Shown: positions 1 to 11,398, numbered from the stretch's first letter. The stretch is DNA of 64,000 bases from Opitutales bacterium (GCA_965197745.1 CBDANS010000006.1:1408001-1472000), one strand, 5' to 3'. Translations and numbers: made by a program. The notes: generated by a model from the sequence alone, not told the origin.

Positions 1-76
1 TGATCGCCAATGAATACTGATTCCGTCAATCCCTCATTTTCTTTCGCTGGCTGTTATTTGGCTTACAGTTAATCCC

Positions 77-1276
77 TTAGATCCCTTCGGGGTGGAGATT
101 AAAGGTCAGTGACCTGAAATCGGGCAGACGATGAAAGGTGACAAGATCGTTGTCGTGTTGATTGGGTCGGTTTTTCGATGTTCGTGAAGCGATCAGTAAG
201 TCGTCGCCATTAATTAAAAGAGAAGCATAATTGAAACTCTGCAACGGGCTGGGCCACATGGCAACGCATCCGGCTGGAAACCAGTTCAGGGCATCCAGGC
301 TGTAATATAAGAAGAGAAATCGCCTTTCGTTGCCCGGGCCGCCAAGGAATCCCATGGCATTGAGTTTCCGACCCCATTCGATATCCTGAGATTTTGTCGG
401 CAGGCAAGCCGTCATCCAGAAATAACCGGTCTTGTCATCACGAGTGATATGGAAATAGTTCTGTCCACCGGGCAGGGGATAGAACTGGGTGAATCGAAAG
501 TTCAGTGTATCCTTTTGGTCATCTACATCACATACCGCGCACATATGTGAGGTAGCCATACCATCAATGCGTAACCGAATAATAACGCGTATCCTGCCAT
601 TGACATTCACGATGTTCGGTTCGAGCCAGTGATCACCCCCGTCGGGGTTCTCATCGCGAAAAGGAAACAGATCGGCACTCAATCCCTCGGGCGTACCGGG
701 ATAGGTGAGGTAAGGTGAAATCCGCCAAGATGCAGGGTCCATCAAATTTGACTTTAAGTCTCCCGCGACCACCACGGCCCGAGAACCTGCACGGTTAAAA
801 TTCCCCTCTTCGTTAGGCGCCCCGAGGGTCCAGTATAAAGTGTTTCCGCAGACTGCATGTGGCGTAAATGTGTTCCAGAACCTTCCCTCAAACAAAGTTA
901 CCGGCTCACTCCATGTCTTTGCTTCGTCTTCGCTGTAGACGAGGACAATGTCTCTGCGACCCAGCTTTTTGCACAGATAATAAAGTCGGTCGCGGCATAT
1001 GAAAGGAATACCGTCGTCGAGCTCCAGTGAACCCTGAACTTTCCATGTTTTCCCCTGGTTCTCGCTGATATGGAATAAAGTCTTTATTTCACGATTGGGA
1101 ACGCCTGGCTCGGAGTGGTTACGGTCAAGCAGAGCAAAACTGGATAGCAATCGTCCACTGGGCAATCGCATGAGCGATGGAGTATCGGTGTAAATCTGCG
1201 GCTCAGGTGCTTCAAAAATTACCGCATAGCCTTGGGCCAGTGGAGTTGCCCCTTCATTCGATGATATGTCGTTCAT
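77..1276 (-). CDS. Sialidase/BNR (Asp-box) beta-propeller protein
   Basis: Asp-box motifs SENQGKTW, SEDEAKTW and SLDALNW; WLEPN and YASL motifs typical of sialidase-like propellers. Confidence 0.65.
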   Translation of the reverse strand: MNDISSNEGATPLAQGYAVIFEAPEPQIYTDTPSLMRLPSGRLLSSFALLDRNHSEPGVPNREIKTLFHISENQGKTWKVQGSLELDDGIPFICRDRLYYLCKKLGRRDIVLVYSEDEAKTWSEPVTLFEGRFWNTFTPHAVCGNTLYWTLGAPNEEGNFNRAGSRAVVVAGDLKSNLMDPASWRISPYLTYPGTPEGLSADLFPFRDENPDGGDHWLEPNIVNVNGRIRVIIRLRIDGMATSHMCAVCDVDDQKDTLNFRFTQFYPLPGGQNYFHITRDDKTGYFWMTACLPTKSQDIEWGRKLNAMGFLGGPGNERRFLFLYYSLDALNWFPAGCVAMWPSPLQSFNYASLLINGDDLLIASRTSKNRPNQHDNDLVTFHRLPDFRSLTFNLHPEGI

Positions 1277-1413
1277 TTATTATTAAAAAATAGCGATTAA
1301 ATTATTATAAGAAAGTTAATAAAATAATTTGATGCTGAGACTAATCAATTTTACTAGTTAATTAACGCAGTTGAGAAATTTTAGTAAATTGAACCGTTAA
1401 AAGATTGATTCCG

Positions 1414-3618
1414 ATGAAAATTAAAATTCCTTTTTTACTCCTTTAAATTTTGTTACCTGTTCACCTTTATGCATTACCTGAAGAACTTGTGATATTTACG
1501 GATTTTGAGGACATTAGCGGAGAGGGAGAATTTTTCATTGGTGAAGAACCGAACCGAGTCAGGTTAATCGGATTCACGGTGGAGACCTTAGAGGATCCGA
1601 CACTCTTACACTCGGGAACAAAAGCGATAACCCTTGGGCCCGGTCAGGAAGGTAGAATTATATCGGAAAAAGGCATTCAACTCATTCAATTTTACGCGGC
1701 GGAGTCAACAGGCGGGGGAAAAATCGAATTCAGAGGAGTAAAGTTAGTCACTGCCGGGGTTGTTTCAGGATCCGAACCTCAGGTAGTGATCGCTGAAAAT
1801 GGTGTCGTGGAAGGATTGCCGACCGACATCAGTCCCGGTGCCAACCCGACATTACAAAGCTTTGTCTCTGACAGTAATATTTTTCTCGATATCACTGATT
1901 TTGATTTTCTTGACGGCATCGTGGAAATGAAGGTCTTAAATGTATCAGGAAAATTTTCACTCGATGATCTGGGAATTACCCTGACAGACAGACCGGTGAA
2001 CAATACCATCTATGACACTTTTGAAGGTTTTTCCAGGGGAGATGGTATTGCCTCACCGATTGTTCTTGGTCAATCGCCAACTACGGCGACCTTCACAGGG
2101 GGATTTATACTTGGTGGCTCAGGAGGGGTACGCACCGCTACTCAATCATGGGGGATAAATAACGGTGAATCCGCGACTATCACCTTTGAGACTCCAGCTT
2201 TTGAGGTGGATTTTTATGGATCCACGGTTGTGACCACGAGCACCAACAGTCCCGATACTTCAATTGAAGTCTATGACACGGATGACAACCTGATTGCTAC
2301 TTTCACAAATTTTGAAGCTGACATCACCCCGGAATTTAAACCCGGGTTTATATCCATCAATGCCGTAGAACTGGGTGCTCCCGGAGGCATCAGCCAGCTG
2401 ATTATGTCTGACAATCAGAATATAAACCCGACATTCAGCCGTTCGACTATCGATGACTTCGGTTTTACCCCTATTGGTGCTCCCGGCACGGATGACGGAT
2501 TTCCTCCCCCAAGCCCAACTATCACTGCCCAACCCGAGAGCCAGGAAGTAACGGCCGGCAGCACTGTTACCGTATCTGTTACAGCCAGTGGTGACGGGCT
2601 TTCATACCAGTGGTACCTGGGTAACAGCGGAGATACTTCTAACCCCATAGCCGAAGCCACGACCAGCATCTTTAACAAGGGAGAAGTAAATGAGACTTCA
2701 AGTTGCTGGGTCCGGGTGAGCCAGGTATCGGGAGGTAGTGTGGATAGCGACACCGCGGTCATTACCGTATCAGTCCCAGCCGTACCCCTGGTGCTTGAAG
2801 GTACCGGGGATATTGCCGGTGAAAACATCCAGCACCCCAACGGCAACGTTTTTGACCAGATATTACTCACCGGCGATAGCATCAGGCTTCAGGCGAGACC
2901 CAATCAGATTACCCGGGTATCGTTCATGGACGAAGACGAGGACATTGTGCAGGTAGAGTTCTCCGGCGCGGGGACCTTTACCGTAACCCTAGACCCGGCT
3001 ACCTTCCTCCCTCCGGCCCTGCCCCCGCGCTACAATCAGTCAGTAGAGTACGTGACAGGCAGACCGAGTGTGGTTATCGAAGGAGCCGATTCCAATACCT
3101 TTTTCAGTATCTTCACGGTGGGCAGGATCAATGCGGTGAACCAGGCACTGTTCCCTGAGGGCCAGGTCTATGACGCTCAAGCGGACGTAACGATAGTAGA
3201 AGTGATCAACTCCACGGGAATGGGGGGCATGCAATTATCGAACACGGTCTTTAGTGGAAGCACAGACAGGATCGGGATCGATGCGCGAGGAGTGCCAATT
3301 GCGGTGCGATTAACGGTAGGTGACATCGATGCCAGCGGGGATGCGGTACCCCATTTACTTTTTGGAGAGGGTTCCTTTACAGTTCCGGCGGGTAACCCCG
3401 GTTTGAGAATTACGGGCGGAGACCTGGAGCAGACAAACGGTGCATCCATCGTCGTGGCCGAGAGCGGGTCGACGACGCGTGGCTTCGACCAATTGATTAC
3501 GCAGAACAATTTTAAATCGGACAATACCCCTCAACCGACGCGGAGCATTAATGCAACTTTTGTTAACGAGGATGGGGATGACATTACTGTCGAAGTCGAT
3601 GAGGTGACGATTGAATGA
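1414..3618 (+). CDS. Secreted/surface protein paralog 1 (duplicated N-terminal domain, Ig-like domain, conserved C-terminal domain); signal peptide interrupted by in-frame TAA
   Basis: ORF 1450-3618; in-frame ATG at 1414 reads MKIKIPFLLL*ILLPVHLYA; Ig-like PTITAQPESQ..LSYQWY segment; C-terminal QHPNGNVFDQILLTG domain nearly identical to those of 24135-26363 and 37130-39070. Confidence 0.7.
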
Positions 3619-3754
3619 ACTATCGTTCAGTTTTAAGTGTTAGGTTTTATGCAATTAGGTGGGACGGGTGGGTGCCTGTCAGCCATAGCTACCGAGCGTG
3701 AAACACGACATCTTCCATTCCAAAGGACAATCAATACATGATTGGAATTCGGCT

Positions 3755-3797
3755 GGATTGCTTCGTCTCCCGCTGTTGCGGGCTCCTCGCAATGACA
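3755..3797. repeat. TGTC/CGTC-type REP-like palindrome arm (GGATTGCTTCGTC..CTCCTCGCAATGACA)
   Basis: Same motif recurs near 13128-13156 and 63938-63972; here the loop contains an extra CCCGC..GCGGG hairpin. Confidence 0.65.
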
Positions 3798-3843
3798 ATT
3801 GGAAGAATACGAATTAATAATTAAATTTGATAACCGTTAGGCA

Positions 3844-3885
3844 CAATCCGCAATCCGCAATCCGATATCCGCATTCCGCAATTCC
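3844..3885. repeat. Degenerate heptamer tandem repeat (CAATCCG)n
   Basis: caatccg caatccg caatccg atatccg cattccg caattcc, just downstream of the M81 gene stop. Confidence 0.8.
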
Positions 3886-3894
3886 TAATGGCGC

Positions 3895-5364
3895 TCAGCT
3901 CCATGACATCTCGGGATCAAGAGGGTAGATAGGACGGGGAGCGTGCTGATAATCTTCAGGGCAGAGGACTTGCTTATCAAATCCAGGGCTGTCCACCATG
4001 AGAATTTTCGCAGCGACATCATCATAGGTGACCAATGGATTTAATCCTTCTTTTACAACGATGAATTTTTTTTCGTTTGGATCGATGCCCAGTTCTTGTA
4101 AAAATGATGGGCCACCGAGCTTACCCGCGCGTTCGATTAAGACAATTTCAATTCCCTGGTCTTCCACTACGGCAATTTTTCCCAGGGCTGTCTCATATCC
4201 CGAATGAATCGTGGTATCTCCGGCCACATCAGCATTCACTGCTTTGACCGTTCCATCGAATACTAACGGGGGATTATCTGTTCGACATACTTTACCACCT
4301 ATTGACAAATGCACCTTATTGCCAACACCTGCCTGCACCGCTTCGGAAACAGATTGAGGATCAACAATACCCACTGCGATCGAATCCTTGATTCCTTCTT
4401 CATAAAAGTAGCGAAGCGTAGACACGACATCACCCGAGGCCCCACCTAAGGTGCAATCGCTTAGCTCATTAAGGACAATGGGCTTATCTGATGATTCCAG
4501 CCCGATTTTTACAGCCTCCTTTGCTGAATGAATAGGAAAAAGAAATTCTTTTCTCAGGTTCCACATCTTATTGGCGAGCTGTTTTGCATATGTATTTGCC
4601 AGATTTTGATCTTCGCGAGAAATAACCAGGACGCTGGCGCCAAGGATGCTTACATCTGCCCATGGATAACCTACAAAAAACGAACTGGTAATTATCTTTG
4701 GGTCACGTTCTATTCGCTCGACCTCTGAACGTAGTTGGTCAATAGGTTCACTTCTGTTTTCAGCCGGCGTGATGAGGGGAAGTTTGATAAATGATTTAGT
4801 GAGGACGGGTTTTTCTTTAATTAGAGTGACCAGGTGCCTGGCTGCCATACAACCGACTTCATATTGATCAATGTGTGGATGGGTGCGATAACTCACGAGG
4901 ATATCCGCGTGTGAAACCATGGCTTTGGTCGCGTTAGCGTGATGGTCAAAGGTTGCAGCCACATATTTCACATCCGGGAAACATAACCTTATGCTTTCCA
5001 GAATATCGCCTTCGGGATCTTCTATTTCTTCTACATTCATCGATCCATGCAGCGCTAACAAAATGCCATCCAGTGTATGGCTGATCTGTTCCAGGTTTTT
5101 GATCAGATCTGTTTTAATTTGTTCGTAGGTGGACTTGGACACTAAGGGGGATGGCATTGCCCATGCTGAAAGAGTAGGGACAATCGTGACACCCTCTTTT
5201 TCCAAGGTTTGCACCATTCCCCCAATTTCCGAACGTCCGACACGATGGGCTGAAATGATACCGTCACCCCTAATGTATTGGGTATTACGGAAGTTCTCCA
5301 AGGTCGTGCGGCCTGGAGCGAAGGTGTTCGATTCATGCATCATGGCGCCAATCGCGATATTCAT
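3895..5364 (-). CDS. M81 family metallopeptidase (MlrC-like)
   Basis: HESNTF, LALHGSM, DHHAN and YRTHPHID motifs; C-terminal PRPIYPLD. Confidence 0.85.
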   Translation of the reverse strand: MNIAIGAMMHESNTFAPGRTTLENFRNTQYIRGDGIISAHRVGRSEIGGMVQTLEKEGVTIVPTLSAWAMPSPLVSKSTYEQIKTDLIKNLEQISHTLDGILLALHGSMNVEEIEDPEGDILESIRLCFPDVKYVAATFDHHANATKAMVSHADILVSYRTHPHIDQYEVGCMAARHLVTLIKEKPVLTKSFIKLPLITPAENRSEPIDQLRSEVERIERDPKIITSSFFVGYPWADVSILGASVLVISREDQNLANTYAKQLANKMWNLRKEFLFPIHSAKEAVKIGLESSDKPIVLNELSDCTLGGASGDVVSTLRYFYEEGIKDSIAVGIVDPQSVSEAVQAGVGNKVHLSIGGKVCRTDNPPLVFDGTVKAVNADVAGDTTIHSGYETALGKIAVVEDQGIEIVLIERAGKLGGPSFLQELGIDPNEKKFIVVKEGLNPLVTYDDVAAKILMVDSPGFDKQVLCPEDYQHAPRPIYPLDPEMSWS

Positions 5365-6341
5365 GAGGAAGTGTTCCTCTTCGCCAGCGCCATATCTATC
5401 ATTTTTTCTACTGTAATTTGGGGCCGATAGCCAAGCATCCTTCCCGCTTTTTCATTGCTGATTACGTAGGGTTGAGGGCCCACAACTTTCACCCCTTCCC
5501 AGGAAACCCCCAGCCCTTTTGCGACCCTGTCTATCACGTCGAGACTTCTGAATGGAACTTCAGCTGCGATGTTGAAGATTTGATTCTTCGCTTGCTCATG
5601 TTTCTCAATGGCAAGTGCGAAACCACGGGCAATGTCCTGTGCGTGTGCCAGTTGAAGAGCAACGGATTCACCGTTTTCATAAAGCAGTGCCATCGCCCCT
5701 TTGCCATTCGCCAATTTTGGGCCGATAACTTCTCTGTCTTTTGCATCGATTAAACTCTCCCAAAATTCATAGGCAAATGACTCCAATACATCATCTTCAT
5801 CCAGACACCAGCCAACGCGAATAATTGTGTAGGGTAAACTGAACACCTTTTGGTAATTGATACACATCGATTCCACCAGGGCTTTTGCCAACGCATAAAA
5901 TCGCCCCGGCCGCGGAAAAACCTCAACCTCTTCCGTCACCGGTTCGTCATATTTTTTATAGATAGCAGAGAACACTGCATCCGAACTGGCATAGACAAAT
6001 AAGTCTATGCTCCCTGCTGTTCTTGCTGCTTCGAGAAGGTTGAAGGTCCCTTTCACATGATACTCAAACATCCGGTTATTTTCCTTCTCAAAATTCGACG
6101 GTCCAATCATGTCAAATATCGCTGCAAGGTGGCAGACAAACTGACAACCCTGGACCGCTTCAAGGAGACATTTAGCGTCGAGGATGTCCCCGCGCACAAG
6201 TACCATATTGTCACTGACGATCCCATCAGGTTCGTGTTCGTGCACGAGGACTTTCACTGTATACCCGCTGTCGAGCAACAAACGAAGCACCCGTTTGCCG
6301 ATACGCCCAGCCCCTCCCGTAAGGAATACAGTCTTGTTCAT
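5361..6341 (-). CDS. NAD-dependent epimerase/dehydratase (extended SDR)
   Basis: TGGAGRIG Rossmann motif, HLAA, YALAK catalytic YxxxK; overlaps the M81 start by 4 nt. Confidence 0.85.
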   Translation of the reverse strand: MNKTVFLTGGAGRIGKRVLRLLLDSGYTVKVLVHEHEPDGIVSDNMVLVRGDILDAKCLLEAVQGCQFVCHLAAIFDMIGPSNFEKENNRMFEYHVKGTFNLLEAARTAGSIDLFVYASSDAVFSAIYKKYDEPVTEEVEVFPRPGRFYALAKALVESMCINYQKVFSLPYTIIRVGWCLDEDDVLESFAYEFWESLIDAKDREVIGPKLANGKGAMALLYENGESVALQLAHAQDIARGFALAIEKHEQAKNQIFNIAAEVPFRSLDVIDRVAKGLGVSWEGVKVVGPQPYVISNEKAGRMLGYRPQITVEKMIDMALAKRNTSS

Positions 6342-6350
6342 GAACTTTCC

Positions 6351-7526
6351 TCAGCCTGATTTAAGCTCATCTTGCAGCTGGATCACCTTCTTTATAGCAT
6401 CTGCAATCAGAGCAACCTGCTTCTCGTCACCGAGCAGGGCATGATGGGAAATCCAGACCGACCTATCGGCTATTTGTTCTGAAACAGGAAAACTCCCCGC
6501 TACCACTCCTTCGTTCTTAAGACAGTCAAGTTTATGAAGCGGGGGATATGCCTCTTCAACTGGGACTCCTTCGGCCCGCAACGCTCGTGTGAAGTCGTCT
6601 CTCGGAATATGAGCTTCGAGAATGAATGTAAACAGATAGTATCCATGTCGGTCCATCATCGATTGCCGTAATTGAGGTCTAACCCCTTCGATTTTGCACA
6701 AATGCTCATTAAGCAATGCGCCGTTTTGCTCTCTTTTCTTACACTGTTCCTCGAGGCGGCTCATCTGGGTAAGAAGGAGGGCAACCTGTAGCTCGGTCAT
6801 CCTGTAGTTAGTGCCGCAGATATAGTGGTTGTAATCGTCTTCTGAACCACGACGGCCGGCATTGTGAATAGATTTGAGTTTGGAAAAAAGAAGTTCGGAT
6901 TGGGTAACAACGGCACCGCCTTCCCCGCAGCATAGAGTTTTGCTTGATTGAAAACTGAATGTACCGATAGAGCCAAAGGTGCCAACATATTGACCGTCAA
7001 ATATTGCACCATGTGCATGAGCGCAGTCCTCGATGACAAATAGTTCTTCTCGTTCGGCGATCTCCATGATGCGGGGCATATCACAGGGATGGCCGCCGAA
7101 ATGCACGGGGATAATGGCTTTTGTCTTGTCAGTTATAGCATCCTTTATGAGATCAGGATCAATGTTGAAAGTTGCAGCATCCACATCGACAAGGACGGGT
7201 TTTATTCCACGACGAATGGGGGCAACCGCTGTGGCCATAAACGTATAATCCGGAACAATGACTTCGTCATTTTTACCGATGCCCAAGGCTTCGAGGGCTA
7301 AATCTATCGCGATCGAGCCGTTGGCAACGGGCAATACATAATCAGCATGCTGAAATTCGGCAAACTGCCTGGCGAACTCGGGAAGTCGTGTTCCTCCTAC
7401 TCCCCATATTCCGCTCCTTATTACCTCTTCAATCTCTCGAATGTCCTTTTCGTCCCATACCGGCCAAAGCGGAAATTCCTTTTCAATGATCGGACTGCCG
7501 GTATGAACTGCTAATGATTGGGTCAT
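6351..7526 (-). CDS. DegT/DnrJ/EryC1/StrS PLP-dependent aminotransferase
   Basis: IEDCAHAHG, FSFQSSK (PLP lysine), GEGG and NYRMTELQ motifs. Confidence 0.9.
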   Translation of the reverse strand: MTQSLAVHTGSPIIEKEFPLWPVWDEKDIREIEEVIRSGIWGVGGTRLPEFARQFAEFQHADYVLPVANGSIAIDLALEALGIGKNDEVIVPDYTFMATAVAPIRRGIKPVLVDVDAATFNIDPDLIKDAITDKTKAIIPVHFGGHPCDMPRIMEIAEREELFVIEDCAHAHGAIFDGQYVGTFGSIGTFSFQSSKTLCCGEGGAVVTQSELLFSKLKSIHNAGRRGSEDDYNHYICGTNYRMTELQVALLLTQMSRLEEQCKKREQNGALLNEHLCKIEGVRPQLRQSMMDRHGYYLFTFILEAHIPRDDFTRALRAEGVPVEEAYPPLHKLDCLKNEGVVAGSFPVSEQIADRSVWISHHALLGDEKQVALIADAIKKVIQLQDELKSG

Positions 7527-7866
7527 CCCGATATTTCCTGTAAATAATGGAATATCACCACGGAGACCTGCAAGTCAATGTGAATGGATATCTGATGAAA
7601 AGCGACGACGTATCGTTATCAATATAAGGCTAAGAAACCAGGTGTAATTAAGAGCCGGTGCCCGTTGACTGATTTATCCAATCCGCGTATCTGATGGTGA
7701 CTTAATCGAGGACAGTGTCCGGCAACTGCAATATTCAGAAAATAAAATTCATTGGTACGAGTACGCAGACCAAAACGCGATCGACCCTTTGACGACCGTT
7801 AAAATGCTGGATACACAGGTTATAAGGTTGCTAACACAGCAACCTTCACTTCTTCGCTAAATCCTA

Positions 7867-8148
7867 TTACCTTTTTCTGTTATAGTCGCCTCTGGGTGCT
7901 CTCTCTTCCCTAGGTTTGGCCTGATTAACTTTAATAGGCCTTCCACCCAATTCAGTATTATCCAATGCCTCTATGGCGCTTTGACCTTCTTTCACGTCAG
8001 GCATCGTCACAAATGCAAACCCTTTGGCTCTTCCGGTATGCCTGTCATATATTATATTTACTTTTTCTACATTTCCATACTCAGAAAATGTATCTCTAAT
8101 CGTCTGTTCATCCGTGTCGTACGGAAGATTTCCAACATATATATCCAT
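7867..8148 (-). CDS. RRM (RNP-1) RNA-binding protein
   Basis: IYVGNL (RNP2) and KGFAFV (RNP1) motifs. Confidence 0.92.
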   Translation of the reverse strand: MDIYVGNLPYDTDEQTIRDTFSEYGNVEKVNIIYDRHTGRAKGFAFVTMPDVKEGQSAIEALDNTELGGRPIKVNQAKPREERAPRGDYNRKR

Positions 8149-8350
8149 TTCTCTATATTCCTTTAAGTATTACGCCATTGCAAATAAGGACAGTTCTGAA
8201 TAATGGCGAAACCAGATCCTGCTTTTGAACATTCATCGATCACATTCAAATTCTTTTTCAAAAATTTATCAAACATATTTAAAAGCGAAGGTATTGCACC
8301 ACTGATATAAAAAAAGCAAGGCTACATTTAGGCTATCTGCCCCCCTCGGT

Positions 8351-9478
8351 TTAACAGCACCAGTGTTGAATGAGCTTTGTGTACATTTCTGTCCCCCGTT
8401 CCAACTGATCCAGATCGATCCACTCATCGTTCTTATGCGCCTGGGCAATGTTACCAGGGCCGAAAACGACCAGTTTAGGCATCGTTGTAAATGCCATCCC
8501 ATCACTGCCATAGGAAACGGTCCGCGGTGCTTCTTTCCCTGCCAGCTTCAGCATATCATGCATAAATTCCGAATGAGGATCGCAATATAGTGGGGCTCCA
8601 TATAAACCGGTTTCAAATTCGAGGCCGCATTTTTCTGCCACCTGTCGCGCCCGATCTATTAGCGTATCGGTGTCCAGGCCCGGCATCGGTCTAAATCGAA
8701 CGATGCAGACGCTCTGTGGCGGTGTTATATTGAGCGCCTTGCAGTTGTCTTTCATTATGATATTCCAGCGCAATGTAGGTGGATTGAATTCTTCGTTTTT
8801 CCACTTCGGGTCTGATTCAGTCTCATCATGTAATTTTTTCATTTCAACAAGGAATGGGATCATGGCGAGATTGGCGTTAAGGCCCTCCTCGGTGCTGGAA
8901 TGAGCAGCCTTACCATGCGATATAGCCTGGAATCCGGAAGTTCCTTTGTGCGCGTAGACAACTTCGAGCATTGTCGGTTCACCGATCACACCCATACTCT
9001 CACCTTCGACCATTTCCCGATAGTACTTAGAATTTTGTGCTACTTGTATCGCCCCTTCCATACTGATTTCTTCATCTGCAGTACAGGTTACATATACCGG
9101 GTTTTTTAACTCCGCGGTGGATATCTGTTCCGCTGCGGCTAACATACAGGCGACCGATCCTTTCATGTCACAGCTTCCGCGGCCGTAAAGTTTATTATCT
9201 TTTACCGTTGGTGTGTAGGGACCATGATCCTGGGAAAACCAGGCATCGACAGGGACAACATCGGTATGACCAAAGTAAGCCATACCACCCCGGTCATTTC
9301 CTTTTTTGCCGACAATACTTGCCTTTCTCGTTCCGTTAATGTCGTCATACTCAAGTCGCTCGGTTTCAAAACCGATTATTTTTAAAGTGTCTTCTACATA
9401 GTCGCTTATCGCGATATTCGATAAGACACTCGTCGACTCAAAAGCGATCAAATCCCGGCTGTATTCAAGTGAATCCAT
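8351..9478 (-). CDS. M20 family metallo-amidohydrolase (ArgE/DapE-like)
   Basis: GHTDVVP, GRGSCDMKG, DEE, GEPT and AHKNDEW motifs. Confidence 0.85.
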   Translation of the reverse strand: MDSLEYSRDLIAFESTSVLSNIAISDYVEDTLKIIGFETERLEYDDINGTRKASIVGKKGNDRGGMAYFGHTDVVPVDAWFSQDHGPYTPTVKDNKLYGRGSCDMKGSVACMLAAAEQISTAELKNPVYVTCTADEEISMEGAIQVAQNSKYYREMVEGESMGVIGEPTMLEVVYAHKGTSGFQAISHGKAAHSSTEEGLNANLAMIPFLVEMKKLHDETESDPKWKNEEFNPPTLRWNIIMKDNCKALNITPPQSVCIVRFRPMPGLDTDTLIDRARQVAEKCGLEFETGLYGAPLYCDPHSEFMHDMLKLAGKEAPRTVSYGSDGMAFTTMPKLVVFGPGNIAQAHKNDEWIDLDQLERGTEMYTKLIQHWCC

Positions 9479-9648
9479 AAAGTGTTATTCTGACTGTGAT
9501 AATCTATTCCTGTAAATGTAATTATGAGTTACGATCATTAATCTTCAGTTTGCTGTCGATCAATAAGTATTATTGAAACAATCTCTTCAGGGTAAGCATT
9601 TCGTTCACCTCAGCGCGTTTTTATAATTATAGTGAAATTCATTTTATT

Positions 9649-10181
9649 TGGAGGGACGCGCTCCGTCGCGTCCGTGGATATTCCATTGAAAGCCGTAATC
9701 CAAAGCGGCCACGACGAAGCGTGGCCCTCCAGAAATTCATCATAGCCAGGTGGAGCACGGTGTCCCTGCCGTGATTAGTAAAGTAATAAATAAAGAAGCG
9801 TGCTGGGACAGCCCGCTCCACCTATGTTTTATGCTATCGCAGGTTGAACGAGCTGTCCCTAGCGCGTATGTAGTAATTAAAAAATAAAAAATAGCGTTCT
9901 CTTGATCAGCTGTCGTCCCAATAAATTCTTTACGGCCACGACAACGCGTGGCCCTCCGGAAAATTTGACCGTTGTTATGAGATTAGATGCCCATATTAAG
10001 GACGAAGATGTTTAAAATAAACTGGAGGGACGCGCGGTCGCCTGACGGCCATAGTTCCGCATCTGCGAGGCGACGGCTGATCGCGTCCACGTATTTAATA
10101 ATCAGAGATTAAGAAGCGTGCTGAGATCAACCTTCGTCCCGCGGTGGCGGGACTACGGCGTGACAGGCAGCCCGCTCCACC
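9649..10181. repeat. Cluster of REP-like palindromes (GGAG/GTGGAG-footed), two carrying nested inserts
   Basis: GGAGGGACGCG..CGCGTCC, CGGCCACGAC..GCGTGGCCCTCC and AAGCGTGCTGGGACAGCCCGCTCCACC units separated by AT-rich spacers; inserts at 10041-10080 and 10127-10167. Confidence 0.8.
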
Positions 10182-10294
10182 GTAAATTATGATAAAAATA
10201 TAAAATTGTTTACACTGATAATTAAGGCACATAGACAGTAAAGACCTGAAACAGGCAATTGAGATTTTATGAATAAAAAATTTATGGAGGATTC

Positions 10295-11134
10295 ATGAAA
10301 CCCAAGTTAGCCTGTCCCGACTTCACTTTTCCATTGTTAAAACATGAACAGGCGCTGCAGCTGATTGCCATGCTGGGTATCAAAGGTGTGGATATCGGAT
10401 TGTTTGAAAAGCGATCGCATCTCCAACCATCAATTGAGTTCAAAAATGTGCGGCGTTCAGCATATCGATTAAAAGGGAAGCTGGACAATCTTGGGCTGAA
10501 AGCAGCCGATGTTTTCATGCAACCTGCAGGGGATTTCCGAACCAACGCGATCAACCATCCCCAGCGATCGCGCCGTCGACGGATGCGTGACTGGTACCTG
10601 AAAACACTGGAGTACGCAGCAGGGTGTAAATGCAGACATGTCACGATAACGCCCGGCGCTCATTTCGAAGGAGAATTATACCGTGATTCCTTTGCCCGGG
10701 CCGTTGAGGAATTACAATGGCGGGTAGATGAGGCCAAACACCATCGCATCGTTCTGGGAGTCGAAGCGCACTTAGGATCGATTGTCCCTCGACCCAAACC
10801 TGCGGAAAAACTGGTAAAAAGTGTTCCCGGGTTGACACTGACCTTGGACTACGGGCACTTCATACGCGATGGTTGTTCGGAAGCGGTTATAGAACCGCTG
10901 CTCAAGTATGCCAGTCACTTCCATGTGCGCGGAGGATCCAGGAAGCGTTTGCAGGAAAGCTTTGATAGCAACACCATTGATTTTAAAAGAATATATAAAG
11001 TGATGCAGAAAACAGGGTACCGTGGATGGCTTTCGCTTGAGTACGTCTGGACCGATTGGGAGCATTGCAATGAGTGCGATAATCTTTCTGAGACAATTCG
11101 CTATCGGGATTTTTTTCGGATGCTGGCAAACTGA
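10295..11134 (+). CDS. Sugar phosphate isomerase/epimerase (AP-endonuclease-2 TIM barrel)
   Basis: LGVEAH, LDYGH, HFHVR and GYRGWLSLEY metal-site motifs. Confidence 0.8.
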   Translation: MKPKLACPDFTFPLLKHEQALQLIAMLGIKGVDIGLFEKRSHLQPSIEFKNVRRSAYRLKGKLDNLGLKAADVFMQPAGDFRTNAINHPQRSRRRRMRDWYLKTLEYAAGCKCRHVTITPGAHFEGELYRDSFARAVEELQWRVDEAKHHRIVLGVEAHLGSIVPRPKPAEKLVKSVPGLTLTLDYGHFIRDGCSEAVIEPLLKYASHFHVRGGSRKRLQESFDSNTIDFKRIYKVMQKTGYRGWLSLEYVWTDWEHCNECDNLSETIRYRDFFRMLAN

Positions 11135-11320
11135 AGATACAAGAAAAATAGGGGAGCAAGATGTATTCCATTGGTATGACTTTCAATCTGAAACCCAGAT
11201 GTTACCCCGAGTATAAAGAAGCTCAGACATATTATAGCCTGAGATCGCGGAGCATTTGGCAGTCAACAAAGTAAATATGGCGATCCACTGCTTTGGGGAA
11301 CGGCTATCATGGACAACTCA

Positions 11321-11398
11321 CGGACGCGACAACGCGCGTCCCTCCATTATTCTGTTAATAATAATATTTATCTGGAGGGCCACGCGTCGTCGTGGGCG
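11321..11398. repeat. Inverted pair of REP-like palindromes
   Basis: CGGACGCGACAACGCGCGTCCCTCCA ... TGGAGGGCCACGCGTCGTCGTGGGCG between convergent genes. Confidence 0.75.

Noticed and set aside
7560..7860. Possible riboswitch or small gene upstream of the aminotransferase operon
   Set aside because: No recognisable aptamer motif; a short open frame on the plus strand lacks a convincing start
9649..10181. Possible CRISPR array (palindromic repeats with spacers)
   Set aside because: Units are of several types, in both orientations, with irregular AT-rich spacers and no cas genes; they fit REP/BIME-like clusters
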